A stretch of DNA of 46,221 nucleotides from Candidatus Binatia bacterium (GCA_041485125.1 JBGPIT010000003.1:1-46221); one strand, 5' to 3'; shown: positions 10,065 to 21,696, counted from the stretch's first letter. The notes: generated from the letters alone by a model not told the origin. Made by a program: numbers and translations.

Positions 10065-10913
10065 CTACAGAGTGTCGAGCAGCCGCTCCGACGCGAGTGG
10101 CGTACTCAACGTCGCCGAGAGGAAGCCGCGCACGAGAATGCGCGCCTCGGCGGCGACGCCGGGCGCGAGAAAGAACTCGCTGCCGTCCGCCGTGTGCAGC
10201 GGCGTCGATTGCAGCTCGCGCAGGCGACGCAGCGTGTGCGCCGAGGCGACGTAGGTGCGGCCGTCGCCGCGGCACGCGCGGCACGACACGCCGCCGCGCG
10301 TCGGATGCGCGAAGCCCGACGCGTCGGGCGCGAGGACGACGCCGCAGCGGGTGCAGCGATCGAGGACCGCCTCGTAGCCGGTGGATCTCAGCAGTCGGAG
10401 CTCGAAGGCGCGCAAGATCCCCGGCCACGCGCCGCCGTTCACGGTCGATTCGCACACCATGCCGCCGCCATCGAGCCGTGCGCCGGCGGGATCGGCGCTC
10501 GCGGGCCGTGAGCGATCGAGCAACGCGAGGGTCTCGCGGACGAGATCGTAGATCTCGGCGCCCGCTTCCTGGCCGCGTACCAATCGGTCGGTGAGCTCGA
10601 GGACGTAGCTCGCGTGCGCGAACTTCGTCAGGTCGCGCGCGAACGTATGGTAGGCGTCGAGGAGCTCGCAGGCGTTGATGAAGGCGAGGTCGCTGCTGCC
10701 GCGCTCGCGCAATCGCACGTTCACGTGGGTGAACGGCTCGAGCACGTTGACGAAGCGGCGCTTCGAGCGTTTCGCGCCTTTCGCGATGCCGCTCAGCTTG
10801 CCGAGGTCGCGCGTCAGGAAGGTGACGATCTTGTCGGACTCGCCGAACGCGCGGGCGCGGATCACGATCGCGGGCGTGACGGTCTCCCGCGGCGGGACCA
10901 GCGAACGAGGCAC
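10065..10913 (-). CDS. recO: DNA repair protein RecO
   Basis: GESDKIVTFLTRDLGKLSGIAKGAKRSKRRF, FELRLL and a C4 Zn finger (CTRC...CRAC). GTG start at 10913 is approximate. Confidence 0.93.
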   Translation of the reverse strand: MPRSLVPPRETVTPAIVIRARAFGESDKIVTFLTRDLGKLSGIAKGAKRSKRRFVNVLEPFTHVNVRLRERGSSDLAFINACELLDAYHTFARDLTKFAHASYVLELTDRLVRGQEAGAEIYDLVRETLALLDRSRPASADPAGARLDGGGMVCESTVNGGAWPGILRAFELRLLRSTGYEAVLDRCTRCGVVLAPDASGFAHPTRGGVSCRACRGDGRTYVASAHTLRRLRELQSTPLHTADGSEFFLAPGVAAEARILVRGFLSATLSTPLASERLLDTL

Positions 10914-10967
10914 CCTGGTCTTGTAGCGGCCGGTAGGCGGTCCCGCAACGCAAACCGGCGTGCAACC

Positions 10968-10996
10968 TTGACATCGAGATATTCGATTCTTAGCTT
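10968..10996 (+). promoter_or_regulatory. Putative sigma70-type promoter of the grpE-dnaK operon
   Basis: TTGACA-17 nt-TAGCTT in an AT-richer intergenic patch. Confidence 0.6.
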
Positions 10997-11050
10997 CCCG
11001 CGGTCCCCCGGCGGGTGGCAACAATTCCAGCACTAGAGGACGTGGTGAGC

Positions 11051-11683
11051 ATGGCGAACGAGGACCCTCTGCGGCCGAGAAGAGACGCATCGGTCGAGCG
11101 CGGCGACGGCTCCGACGCGGCGAACGATCCGATGCCCGCAGGCGCGTCGGCCGCGGCCGACGCGGCACGCGCCGGCGACGACCGTACGAGCGAGGTCGAG
11201 CGCCTGCGCCAAGAGCTCGCCGATGCGAAAGATCGCGCGCTGCGCGTCCAGGCGGACATCGACAATTTCAAGAAGCGCTCGATGCGCGACAAGTCGGAGG
11301 CGCTCCGGTACGCGAACGAAGGCGTGATCAAGGCGCTGCTGCCCGTCATCGACAACCTGCAGCGGGCGGTCGACCACGCGCGCAGCTCGCGCGAGAACGA
11401 CGCGCTGGTGCAAGGGGTCGAGCTGGTGTTGCGGTCGTTCCTCGACGTCCTCGAGCGCCACGGCGTGAAGACGGTCGACGCGCACGGGACGGCCTTCGAC
11501 CCGAGCCGCCACGAGGCGATCGGCCACGTCGAGAGCAGCGAGCCGGCGAACACGGTCGTGGCCGAGCACCAGCGCGGCTATACGCTGCACGACCGGCTGC
11601 TCCGGCCGGCGATGGTGACGGTCGGCAAGGGTCCGGCCGCCACCGACGGCGGCGACGCCTCGCGTGAGCCGACCAGACATTGA
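11051..11683 (+). CDS. grpE: Nucleotide exchange factor GrpE
   Basis: RVQADIDNFKKR, LLPVIDNLQRA, FDPSRHEA and GYTLHDRLLRPAMVTV. Lies directly upstream of dnaK. Confidence 0.96.
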   Translation: MANEDPLRPRRDASVERGDGSDAANDPMPAGASAAADAARAGDDRTSEVERLRQELADAKDRALRVQADIDNFKKRSMRDKSEALRYANEGVIKALLPVIDNLQRAVDHARSSRENDALVQGVELVLRSFLDVLERHGVKTVDAHGTAFDPSRHEAIGHVESSEPANTVVAEHQRGYTLHDRLLRPAMVTVGKGPAATDGGDASREPTRH

Positions 11684-11701
11684 TCAGAGAGGGGAACATA
11701 C

Positions 11702-13657
<1,956 letters not shown>

Positions 13658-13744
13658 CCGTCGATGCACATTCGCGGTGCGGGCGCTCGATCGTAACGAT
13701 CGCCGGCGAGCGACGGCTGTCGGTGATGGGAGCGGCAACCAACG

Positions 13745-13780
13745 AAGCCGCGGCTCTCAGGGGCCGCGGCTTTTCTTTGT
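13745..13780 (+). terminator. Intrinsic terminator between dnaK and dnaJ
   Basis: Stem aagccgcggc/gccgcggctt followed by a T-rich tail (ttttctttgt). Confidence 0.8.
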
Positions 13781-13822
13781 CGATGGTGCCAGCTTCCGAG
13801 TTCCGATAAGGTAAACGGCCAC

Positions 13823-14935
13823 ATGCCGCCATCGCGACGTGATTTTTACGAAGTGCTCGGCGTCGGACGCGACGCCAACGACGACGAGATCAAGCGCGCC
13901 TACCGCAAGTGCGCGCTCAAGTTCCATCCCGACCGCAACCCCGACGACAAGGAAGCCGAGGAGCGTTTCAAGGAAGCGTCGGCGGCCTATCACGTCCTCT
14001 CCGACGCCGAGCGGCGCACCAGCTACGATCGCTTCGGACATGCCGCGTTCGAGGGTCCCGGCGGCGCCGGCGGATTCGACTTCGGTGCCGGCTTCGAGGA
14101 CATCTTCAGCGGCATCTTCGGCGACTTCTTCGGCGGCGCCGCGCGTGGCCGCGGCCGCGCCCGGCGCGGTGAGGATCTCCGCTACAACCTCGACCTGACC
14201 TTCGAAGAGGCCGCCTTCGGCGCCGAGAAGACGATCTCGGTGCCGCGCATGATCGAGTGCGACGCCTGTCACGGCAAAGGCAGCCGCGGCGGCGCCGCGC
14301 CGAAGGCCTGCCAGACGTGCAAAGGCTCCGGCCAGGTGCGGTTTCAGCAGGGCTTCTTCAGCATCGCCAAGACCTGCGCGAGCTGCAGCGGCCAAGGCGC
14401 GATCATCACCGACCCGTGCACCAAGTGTCGCGGTCAGGGGGCGGTGCGAAAGACACAGAGCCTGAGCGTGAAGATTCCCGCCGGCGTCGACAGCGGCTCG
14501 CGCTTGAAGCTCCGCGGCGAAGGCGAGGCCGCACCGGGCGGCGGTGCCGCCGGCGACCTCTACGTCGTGATCCGCGTCCTCGAGCACCCGCTCTTCCGCC
14601 GCGAGGACAACGACGTCGTCTGCGACATACCGGTCAGCTTTCCGCAGGCCGCCCTCGGCACCGACATCGAGGTGCCGACGCTCGAAGGCAAGATCCGCAT
14701 GCGCGTCCCGCCCGGGACGCAGTCGGGTGCGACGTTCAAGCTCAAGGGCAAGGGCATTGCCGATCTGCGCGGCTATGGCCGTGGCGATCAGCTGGTGCGG
14801 GTGATCGTCGAAACGCCACGCAAGCTGACGAGTAAGCAACGCGAGCTCCTCGAGGAGTTCGCGCGCAGCTCGGGTGAGGAAGTGCACCCGCTCAGCCGCG
14901 GCTTCCTCGACAAGGTGAAGGAGATGTTCGGGTGA
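13823..14935 (+). CDS. dnaJ: Chaperone DnaJ
   Basis: J-domain HPD motif, G/F-rich region and four CxxCxGxG repeats. Confidence 0.98.
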   Translation: MPPSRRDFYEVLGVGRDANDDEIKRAYRKCALKFHPDRNPDDKEAEERFKEASAAYHVLSDAERRTSYDRFGHAAFEGPGGAGGFDFGAGFEDIFSGIFGDFFGGAARGRGRARRGEDLRYNLDLTFEEAAFGAEKTISVPRMIECDACHGKGSRGGAAPKACQTCKGSGQVRFQQGFFSIAKTCASCSGQGAIITDPCTKCRGQGAVRKTQSLSVKIPAGVDSGSRLKLRGEGEAAPGGGAAGDLYVVIRVLEHPLFRREDNDVVCDIPVSFPQAALGTDIEVPTLEGKIRMRVPPGTQSGATFKLKGKGIADLRGYGRGDQLVRVIVETPRKLTSKQRELLEEFARSSGEEVHPLSRGFLDKVKEMFG

Positions 14936-14956
14936 TGCGGGGTCGCCCGCGCAGGG

Positions 14957-15928
14957 ATGGCTGAAACGCTGCGTGATCGCGGCGAGCGGGCCCTCCTCGA
15001 CGAGATCTGCCGGCTTCTTCCCGCGACCGCTCGGGTTCCGCTCGGACCCGGCGACGACGCCGCGGTGCTCTCCGCGTTCCGACGTCCCGTGCTCTGCACG
15101 ATCGACGCGCAGGTCGAGCACGTCCACTTCGAACGGGCGTGGCTCGAGCCGCGTGCGCTCGGGCGGCGCGCCTTCGAGGTGAGCGCCAGCGACGTCGCGG
15201 CGATGGGCGGCCGTCCGGTCGCGGCCTTGCTGGCGATCGCGGCACGGCCCGACTTCCCCGTTTCCGATCTGCGCGCGATCATCGCTGGTGCGAGCGCGGC
15301 GGCGCGCGCCGGAGGCGCCGCCATCGCCGGCGGCAACCTGGCGGCGGCGCGCGCGCTCTCGATCACGGTGGCGGTGATCGGCGAGGCGCCGGCGCGACCG
15401 GTGCGTCGCGACGGTGCGCGCCCGGGTGATCGGCTCTTCGTCACCGGTGAGCTCGGCGGCGCCGCGCTCGGGTTGCGCCTCTTGAAGAGGCCCCGTAGCA
15501 TTCGTAACGGGGCACGCGCCGTGTGGCGTTGGCGCCACCCGGTCGCCCGCGTTCGGGCCGGTCTCGCGCTCGCACGTGGACGGCTGGCGACGGCAATGAT
15601 CGTCGTGAGCGACGGGCTGCTGATCGACCTCGGCCGGGTGTGCGAGGCGAGCGAAACCGGCGCCGTCATTCGTGCGGCGAGCCTGCCGATCGCCCCGGCG
15701 CTGCGCGCGCTGCCGGCGCGGACCGCCCGCCGACTCGCGCTCGCCGGGGGCGAGGACTACGAGTTGCTGTTCACGGTACCGCCGCGGCAGGCGGCGGCGC
15801 TCGCGGCCGCGCACGGCGCGCTCGGGTGTCGCGTGACGCACATCGGCGAGATCGTGCGCGGCGCCGGCGTGCACGTGGTCGGCGCTCGCGACGCGCGCGG
15901 TGGTCACCAGCATTTCGCTCCACGATGA
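14957..15928 (+). CDS. thiL: Thiamine-phosphate kinase
   Basis: GPGDDAA, SDVAAMGG, VTGELG, SDGL, GGEDYELLFT and C-terminal HF. Confidence 0.92.
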   Translation: MAETLRDRGERALLDEICRLLPATARVPLGPGDDAAVLSAFRRPVLCTIDAQVEHVHFERAWLEPRALGRRAFEVSASDVAAMGGRPVAALLAIAARPDFPVSDLRAIIAGASAAARAGGAAIAGGNLAAARALSITVAVIGEAPARPVRRDGARPGDRLFVTGELGGAALGLRLLKRPRSIRNGARAVWRWRHPVARVRAGLALARGRLATAMIVVSDGLLIDLGRVCEASETGAVIRAASLPIAPALRALPARTARRLALAGGEDYELLFTVPPRQAAALAAAHGALGCRVTHIGEIVRGAGVHVVGARDARGGHQHFAPR

Positions 15929-17172
15929 CGACCGTCGAGATCCTGCTGCTCCTCTGCTTCGCCGTCGCGCTCGCGGTCTGGACTGCGCTCGCCGGCGCCG
16001 AAGCGACGCTCGCGGAGGCGCGGGTGATCGCGCGGACGCCGCAGGGTCCGCGCCGGCTCGGCCGCCTCTTCGACGAGCTCCACCGGCATCCACGGCGCCT
16101 GCTCATCTCGCTCGCGCTCGGTCGTGAGCTGGCGCTGGTCGCCGCGGCGGCGCTCGGCGTCGTCGCCGGCCATCGCTATGCCGGGGTACGCGGCGCGCTC
16201 CTCGCGCTCCTCGTCACGACGCTTCTGCTGCTCGCCCTCCGCGGCGCCGCCGCCGGCTTTTCCTCCCGCCGCGTCGCGGCCGGCCGGCCGGGGATCATGC
16301 CAGCGCTGATGCTGCTGCTCGCGCCGTTCACCGCGGTCGCGGCGCTGCTCAAGCGAGTGGGGCGCCGCCTCGCGCTGCTCTTCCTCGACGAGGAGCCGAG
16401 CGGCGACAACATCTTCGGGACCGAGGAGCTCGCGGCCCTCACCGAGGGGAGCGAGGAGCTCGCGGCCTCGGAGCGGACGCTCGTCGCCAAGGTCGTGAGC
16501 TTCGGCGACCGTCCGGTGCGCCACATCATGACCCCGCGTCGCGACATCATCGCGGTGCCGGTCGACATCAGTCACGACGAGCTGCTCGCCGTGATCCGCA
16601 GCTCCGGCTGCTCGCGTATTCCGGTCTACCGCGGCGAAAAGGACGACATCATCGGCATGCTCTACGTCCGCGATCTGATCGGCACGCCGCCGCTCGACGG
16701 CAACGTCGAGTCGCGGCTGCGCCAGCCCTACGTCATACCGGCGGAGAAAACCGTCGGTGAGCTCTACCGGGAGTTCCGCACCCGCAAGGTGCACATCGCG
16801 CTCGTGCTCGACGAGTACGGCAGCCCGCTCGGGCTCGTCACCATGGAGGACATCCTCGAGGAGCTCTTCGGCGACATCCGTGACGAATTCGACGACGACG
16901 AGGAGCCGACGATCAAGCGCCGTGGGCCGAGCACGTTCGTGGTGAGCGGCCGGGTCTCGGTGAGCGTGCTGAACGCCCGCCTCAAGCTGCAGATCCCGCT
17001 CTCCGAGGACGAGACGACGATCGCCGGCGTCGTCATCGATCGCCTCGGGCGCGTGCCCGAGGCCGGCGAAAGTCTGCGCATGGACGGCTTCACCGTCACG
17101 GTCGAGAAGCTCGACGGCCCGGCAATCGAGCGCTTACGAGTCGACGTATGGCCATCGCCCTCCTCGCCATAG
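15925..17172 (+). CDS. CNNM/CorC (hemolysin-C-like) membrane protein: TM region, CBS pair, CorC_HlyC domain
   Basis: Hydrophobic N-terminus, IMTPRRD, SRIPVY, VLDEYG and VTMEDILEELFGDI. ATGA overlap with the thiL stop. Confidence 0.88.
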   Translation: MTTVEILLLLCFAVALAVWTALAGAEATLAEARVIARTPQGPRRLGRLFDELHRHPRRLLISLALGRELALVAAAALGVVAGHRYAGVRGALLALLVTTLLLLALRGAAAGFSSRRVAAGRPGIMPALMLLLAPFTAVAALLKRVGRRLALLFLDEEPSGDNIFGTEELAALTEGSEELAASERTLVAKVVSFGDRPVRHIMTPRRDIIAVPVDISHDELLAVIRSSGCSRIPVYRGEKDDIIGMLYVRDLIGTPPLDGNVESRLRQPYVIPAEKTVGELYREFRTRKVHIALVLDEYGSPLGLVTMEDILEELFGDIRDEFDDDEEPTIKRRGPSTFVVSGRVSVSVLNARLKLQIPLSEDETTIAGVVIDRLGRVPEAGESLRMDGFTVTVEKLDGPAIERLRVDVWPSPSSP

Positions 17173-18299
17173 CCGCGTTGCTGCTCGCGCTCCGCGCCGT
17201 CGCCGCCGGCGGCTCGGCCGCGGTCTACGCGCCGCTCGCGCCGCGCACCTCGGCGAGCCTGGAAGCGGGCGCGGCGGCCGCGGCCGTGGTTGCCGCGGGC
17301 ACCGCCAGTCTGGCGCTGCTCCTCACGGTCGGTTCGGCGGCCTTGCTGGTCGTGGTCCTCGCGGCGCCGCTCTTCGTCCTGGTCTTCGACTTGCTGCCGC
17401 GCGCGCTCGCGCAAGCCGACGTCGCGCTCCTGCCGCCCAAGGTGCGGACCTTCGCGCACCATTTCCTCGCCGCCGCGTGCACGCCGTTGCGCATCGTCGA
17501 GCGCGCCATGGCGCGGCTCGCCGGCGGCGCGCGCGACCACGTCGTGCCCGCGGCCGGTCAGATCCTCTCCGATCTCTTGCGTCGCGAACGCCCCGCCGAC
17601 GATTCGCTGCTCTCTTCGGGGCAGGTGATCCACCGCATCTTCGACTTCCGCGACACCCGCGTGCGCGAGGTCATGGTGCCGCTGATCCACATCTTTGCGG
17701 TGCGCGACGACGCCCGCCTCGAGGAGGTGATCGGCTGGATCCGGCGCGAGAAGGTGTCGCGCGTGCCGGTGTTTCACGAGCGCATGTACAACATCGTCGG
17801 CATCGTCCACAGTCTCGACGTGCTGGGCGTGCCGCCCGACCAGCCGGTCGCGAGCGTGATGCGGCCGCCGCTCTACGTGCCCGAGAACAAGCTCGCGCAG
17901 CACCAGCTCCGCTTGATGCAACGGCGCGGGATCAACATGGCCGTCGTGGTCGACGAGCACGGCGGCGCGGTCGGCATCGTGACCGTCGAGGACCTGCTCG
18001 AGGAGATCGTCGGCGAGATCGAGGACGAGTACGACCAGCGCGAGGTCTTGTACGAGACGCTCGCGGACGGCGCGGTGCGGGTGCAAGGCGGGATGGAGAT
18101 CGCGCGCCTGAACGAGATCTTCCCGTGGCGGCTCCCGACCGGCGACTACGAGACCATCGCCGGTCTGGTGATCACCCAACTGGAGCGCATTCCCCGCGCC
18201 GGCCAGCGCCTGCGACTGCCGAACGTGACGATCGAGGTGGCCCGCGCCGATCAGCGCGCGGTGCGCGAGGTGATTGTGCACCCCGTCAGCGAGGGATAG
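17148..18299 (+). CDS. Second CNNM/CorC-family protein with a shortened TM region
   Basis: VREVMVP, SRVPVF, VVDEHGG, VTVEDLLEEIVGEIEDEYD and YETIAG. Confidence 0.88.
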   Translation: MAIALLAIAALLLALRAVAAGGSAAVYAPLAPRTSASLEAGAAAAAVVAAGTASLALLLTVGSAALLVVVLAAPLFVLVFDLLPRALAQADVALLPPKVRTFAHHFLAAACTPLRIVERAMARLAGGARDHVVPAAGQILSDLLRRERPADDSLLSSGQVIHRIFDFRDTRVREVMVPLIHIFAVRDDARLEEVIGWIRREKVSRVPVFHERMYNIVGIVHSLDVLGVPPDQPVASVMRPPLYVPENKLAQHQLRLMQRRGINMAVVVDEHGGAVGIVTVEDLLEEIVGEIEDEYDQREVLYETLADGAVRVQGGMEIARLNEIFPWRLPTGDYETIAGLVITQLERIPRAGQRLRLPNVTIEVARADQRAVREVIVHPVSEG

Positions 18300-18309
18300 C
18301 GTCGCCCTC

Positions 18310-19059
18310 GTGCACCGTCGTGCCCTCGAAGATCTCCTCGGGCGCGTCGAACGGGGCGAGACGACGGTTGCCTCGGCGGTCGACGAGCTGCGCGACTTTC
18401 CCTTCAGCGATCTCGACTTCGCCAAGCCCGACGTGCATCGCGCCCTCCGCACCGGGCATCCAGAGGTGATCTACGGCGCCGGCAAGGCGCCTGAGCAGAT
18501 CGTCGCGATCGCCGACTGCCTGGCGACGCACGGTCAGAACGTACTGGTCACCCGCCTCGATCCACCTGCCGCGGCGCAGGTCGTCACGCTCGCGCCGGAG
18601 TTCCGCTACCACCCCGAGGCGCGCATCGCGGTGCGCGAGGTCGCGCCCGTCGTCGTCTCCGGGAAGGGCGTCGTCCTGGTGATCTCCGCCGGCACCTCCG
18701 ACCAGCCCGTCGCGGAGGAGGCTGCGTGGACGGCCCAGCTCGCCGGCAACACGGTCGAGCGCCTCTACGACGTCGGTGTCGCCGGCATTCATCGCTTGCT
18801 CGGCAACCGCGCGCGGCTCGCGGCGGCGCGCGTGCTGATCGTGGTCGCGGGCATGGAGGGCGCGCTGCCGAGCGTCGTCGGCGGCCTCGTCGGCAAGCCC
18901 GTCGTCGCGGTGCCGACGAGCGTCGGCTACGGCGCGAGCTTCGGCGGCCTGGCGGCGCTGCTCGGGATGCTCAACAGCTGCGCCGCCGGCGTGACGGTCG
19001 TCAACATCGACAACGGCTTCGGCGCCGGCATCGCCGCCAGCCTGATGAACCACCTGTGA
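18310..19059 (+). CDS. larB: Nickel-pincer cofactor biosynthesis protein LarB (PurE-like)
   Basis: HRALRTGHPEVIYGAGK, AGTSD, DVGVAGIHRL, AGMEGALPSVVGG, PTSVGYG, LNSCAAG and VNIDNGFGAG. Confidence 0.92.
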   Translation: MHRRALEDLLGRVERGETTVASAVDELRDFPFSDLDFAKPDVHRALRTGHPEVIYGAGKAPEQIVAIADCLATHGQNVLVTRLDPPAAAQVVTLAPEFRYHPEARIAVREVAPVVVSGKGVVLVISAGTSDQPVAEEAAWTAQLAGNTVERLYDVGVAGIHRLLGNRARLAAARVLIVVAGMEGALPSVVGGLVGKPVVAVPTSVGYGASFGGLAALLGMLNSCAAGVTVVNIDNGFGAGIAASLMNHL

Positions 19060-19075
19060 TCGCGGCCCCGCGCGG

Positions 19076-20515
19076 ATGAGCCGCACACCGAAGAGTCCGA
19101 GCGCGCCGCGGCCGGCGCGCCCGACGGCGCGCACGCCGACGGCGCCGGCCGCACGGCGTCACCAGACCAAGCCGGCGAGCGCCGAGCTCACCAAGGGACG
19201 CGCGCGGCGTGTTCTCAAAGTCGGCGCGCTCACCACCTCGGTGGGCGGCAGCTACATCTGGCACGCGCTCAAGCGACCCTTCCAGTCGGAGGCGCGCACC
19301 GAGCGCGAGCTTCTCGCTACGCACGTGCGGAATGCGATCCGACTGGTGCAGCGCTCGACCGAGCTGAAGGGCGCGTTCATGAAGCTCACCCAGATGCTCA
19401 GCATGCGGAGCGACCTCTTGCCGCCCGCCGCGCTCCAGGTGTTGTCGACGGTGCAATCGTCGGTGCCGCCGATGAGCTACGCCGTGATCCGCTCGCAGCT
19501 CGCGCGCGAGCTCGGCGCGCCGCCCGAGGACCTCTTTGCGCATTTCGACACCGAGGCGTTCGCGGCGGCGTCGCTCGGCCAAGTCCATCGCGCCGTCTTG
19601 CCGACGGGCGAGGACGTGGTCGTGAAGATCCAATACCCGGGCGTCGACGACACCGTCGAGCAGGACCTGAAGAACGTGCGCGCCCTGCTCCAGATGCTGA
19701 TGCGGATCGGTCGCGACGTGATGCGGCAGAAGATCGACGTCGCCGAGATCACGGCGGAGCTCGAGGAGCGCCTGCGCGAAGAGCTCGACTACGTGAAAGA
19801 GGGGGCGAACCTGCGCCGCTTCGGCCAACTCTTCGCCGACGATCCGGAGGTCGTGATCCCTGAGCCGTATCCCGCCTTCTCGTCGCGCCGCGTCCTCACG
19901 ATGAGCGCGCTCGACGGCTATCCGTTGCAGGAGATCCTCGCGCCCGGTGTCGATCAGGAGCTCAAAGACTGGGTCGCGATCAAATACTTCCGGGTGCTGT
20001 GGCGGCAGATCTTCGAGTTCGGGCTGCTGCACACCGACCCGCATCCCGGCAACTATCTGATCACGCATCACCCGCGGCTCTGCATGCTCGATCTCGGGAG
20101 CGTGCGCGCCTTTCCGGAGACGATCCGCGCCGCGTACGTGGCGCTCGCCGACGCCGCCTTGCGCGGCGACGCCGCCGCCATGAGCGAGTCCTTCATCCGC
20201 CTCGGCTTCCTCGACGCCGACGACGATCCCACGCCGATGCTCCGCATCCTTCATCTCGTTCTCGAGCCCTTGCTCGAGGACCGTGTGCACGATCCGCGTG
20301 ACTACCAGGCGGTCGACCGTGCGATGGAGATCGCCCAGATCAGCTTCGAGCACCGCATCTTCAAAGCGCCGGGGCATCGCTTGTTCCTCACCCGTGCGCT
20401 CTACGGGCTCGAGTCCTACGTGCAGCAGTTCGGGACCGTGACCAACTGGCATCGAGTGTTTGCCGAGTGCGTGGCGCGCGCGGCGCGACCGCGCCAGCGT
20501 ACGGCGCGCCGGTAA
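19076..20515 (+). CDS. ABC1/UbiB/AarF family atypical kinase
   Basis: KGAFMKLTQMLS, AAASLGQVHRA, VVKIQYPG, EELDY, HTDPHPGN and LDLG. Confidence 0.92.
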   Translation: MSRTPKSPSAPRPARPTARTPTAPAARRHQTKPASAELTKGRARRVLKVGALTTSVGGSYIWHALKRPFQSEARTERELLATHVRNAIRLVQRSTELKGAFMKLTQMLSMRSDLLPPAALQVLSTVQSSVPPMSYAVIRSQLARELGAPPEDLFAHFDTEAFAAASLGQVHRAVLPTGEDVVVKIQYPGVDDTVEQDLKNVRALLQMLMRIGRDVMRQKIDVAEITAELEERLREELDYVKEGANLRRFGQLFADDPEVVIPEPYPAFSSRRVLTMSALDGYPLQEILAPGVDQELKDWVAIKYFRVLWRQIFEFGLLHTDPHPGNYLITHHPRLCMLDLGSVRAFPETIRAAYVALADAALRGDAAAMSESFIRLGFLDADDDPTPMLRILHLVLEPLLEDRVHDPRDYQAVDRAMEIAQISFEHRIFKAPGHRLFLTRALYGLESYVQQFGTVTNWHRVFAECVARAARPRQRTARR

Positions 20516-20613
20516 CGCGCTCCGCCGCCGCTTCTCCCGCCGCTGTCGCCCTGGCAGGATCGGTGGTGTCTTTGGCCTTGCTGCCAACTGCCGGATCGAC
20601 GATGCTCGTCGGC

Positions 20614-21696
20614 ATGCGACAGCGTCCCCGCCGCCGGCTCCGTCTCGCGACGCCGACCGTCCCGCGCACGCGCGTCACGCCGACGCGGCGGATCGTGATG
20701 GTCGCGTTTCCCTCGGTGCAGATTCTCGACGTCGTCGGGCCGCTCGAGGTCTTCGCGATCGCGTCGCGGCATCTCCGCGGCGACGACTGTGGCTACGAGG
20801 TCGAGATCGTCGCGGCGAGCGCGGGACCGGTGACCGCGTCCTCGGGGCTCGAGCTGGTCGCGCGCCGCGCCTACCGCGACGTGCGGAGCGGCGTCGACAC
20901 GCTGCTCGTCGCCGGCGGCGAGGGCACGGCGCAGGCGATGGCGGACCAAGCGCTGCTCGCGTGGCTCCGCCGGATGGCGCCGCGGGTACGGCGCCTCGGA
21001 TCGGTGTGCACGGGCACCTTCATCCTCGCCGAGGCGGGGCTGCTGCGCGGCAAGCGCGTCACCACGCATTGGATGGGATGCCGGGCGCTCGCCGCGCGCT
21101 ACCCGGACCTCACGGTCGATCCGGATCCGATCTTCGTGCGCGACGGCGCGCTCTACACCTCGGCGGGCGTCACCGCCGGCATGGACCTGGCGCTGGCGCT
21201 CGTCGAGGAGGACCACGGTCGCGAGGTCGCGCTTCGCGTCGCACGCCAGCTCGTCCTCTTCTTGCGCCGTCCGGGTGGACAATCGCAGTTCAGCGCTCAG
21301 CTCGCGGTGCAGGCCGCCGACCGCGAGCCGATTCGAGAGCTGCAGGCGTGGATCCAGGATCACGTCGACGCCGATCTGTCGGTGCCGGCGCTGGCGGAGC
21401 GGACGGCGATGAGCCCGCGCAACTTCGCGCGGGTCTTCGCGCAGCAAGTCGGAATCACGCCGGCTCGGTTCGTCGAGAAGGTGCGGGTCGAGGCGGCGCG
21501 CCGGCGACTCGAGGAGTCGTCGCACGGGGTCGACGCGATCGCGGCGCAATGCGGCTTCGGTGGTGCGGAGTCGATGCGACGGGCGTTCCTGCGCACGTTG
21601 CGCGTCTCGCCGGGTGCGTATCGCAGCCGCTTCCGCGTGCTCGCCGACGATCACCCCCCGGCGCGCGATGCGATCGCAGAAAGGAAGACATCATGA
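20614..21696 (+). CDS. GlxA-family transcriptional regulator (DJ-1 domain plus AraC HTH)
   Basis: LDVVGPLEVF, SVCTG, TSAGVTAGMDL, RRPGGQSQFS, MSPRNFARVF and CGFG. Start is 20602 or 20614. Confidence 0.93.
   Translation: MRQRPRRRLRLATPTVPRTRVTPTRRIVMVAFPSVQILDVVGPLEVFAIASRHLRGDDCGYEVEIVAASAGPVTASSGLELVARRAYRDVRSGVDTLLVAGGEGTAQAMADQALLAWLRRMAPRVRRLGSVCTGTFILAEAGLLRGKRVTTHWMGCRALAARYPDLTVDPDPIFVRDGALYTSAGVTAGMDLALALVEEDHGREVALRVARQLVLFLRRPGGQSQFSAQLAVQAADREPIRELQAWIQDHVDADLSVPALAERTAMSPRNFARVFAQQVGITPARFVEKVRVEAARRRLEESSHGVDAIAAQCGFGGAESMRRAFLRTLRVSPGAYRSRFRVLADDHPPARDAIAERKTS

Noticed and set aside
11027-11053. Possible CIRCE element before grpE (ccAGCACTa-N9-gtgagcatg)
   Set aside because: The left arm matches 6/9 and the right arm only 4/9 of TTAGCACTC-N9-GAGTGCTAA, and there is no hrcA in the window.
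15925-18299. Hemolysin toxins
   Set aside because: The name is a legacy label for CNNM/CorC ion-transport proteins. No toxin features are present.
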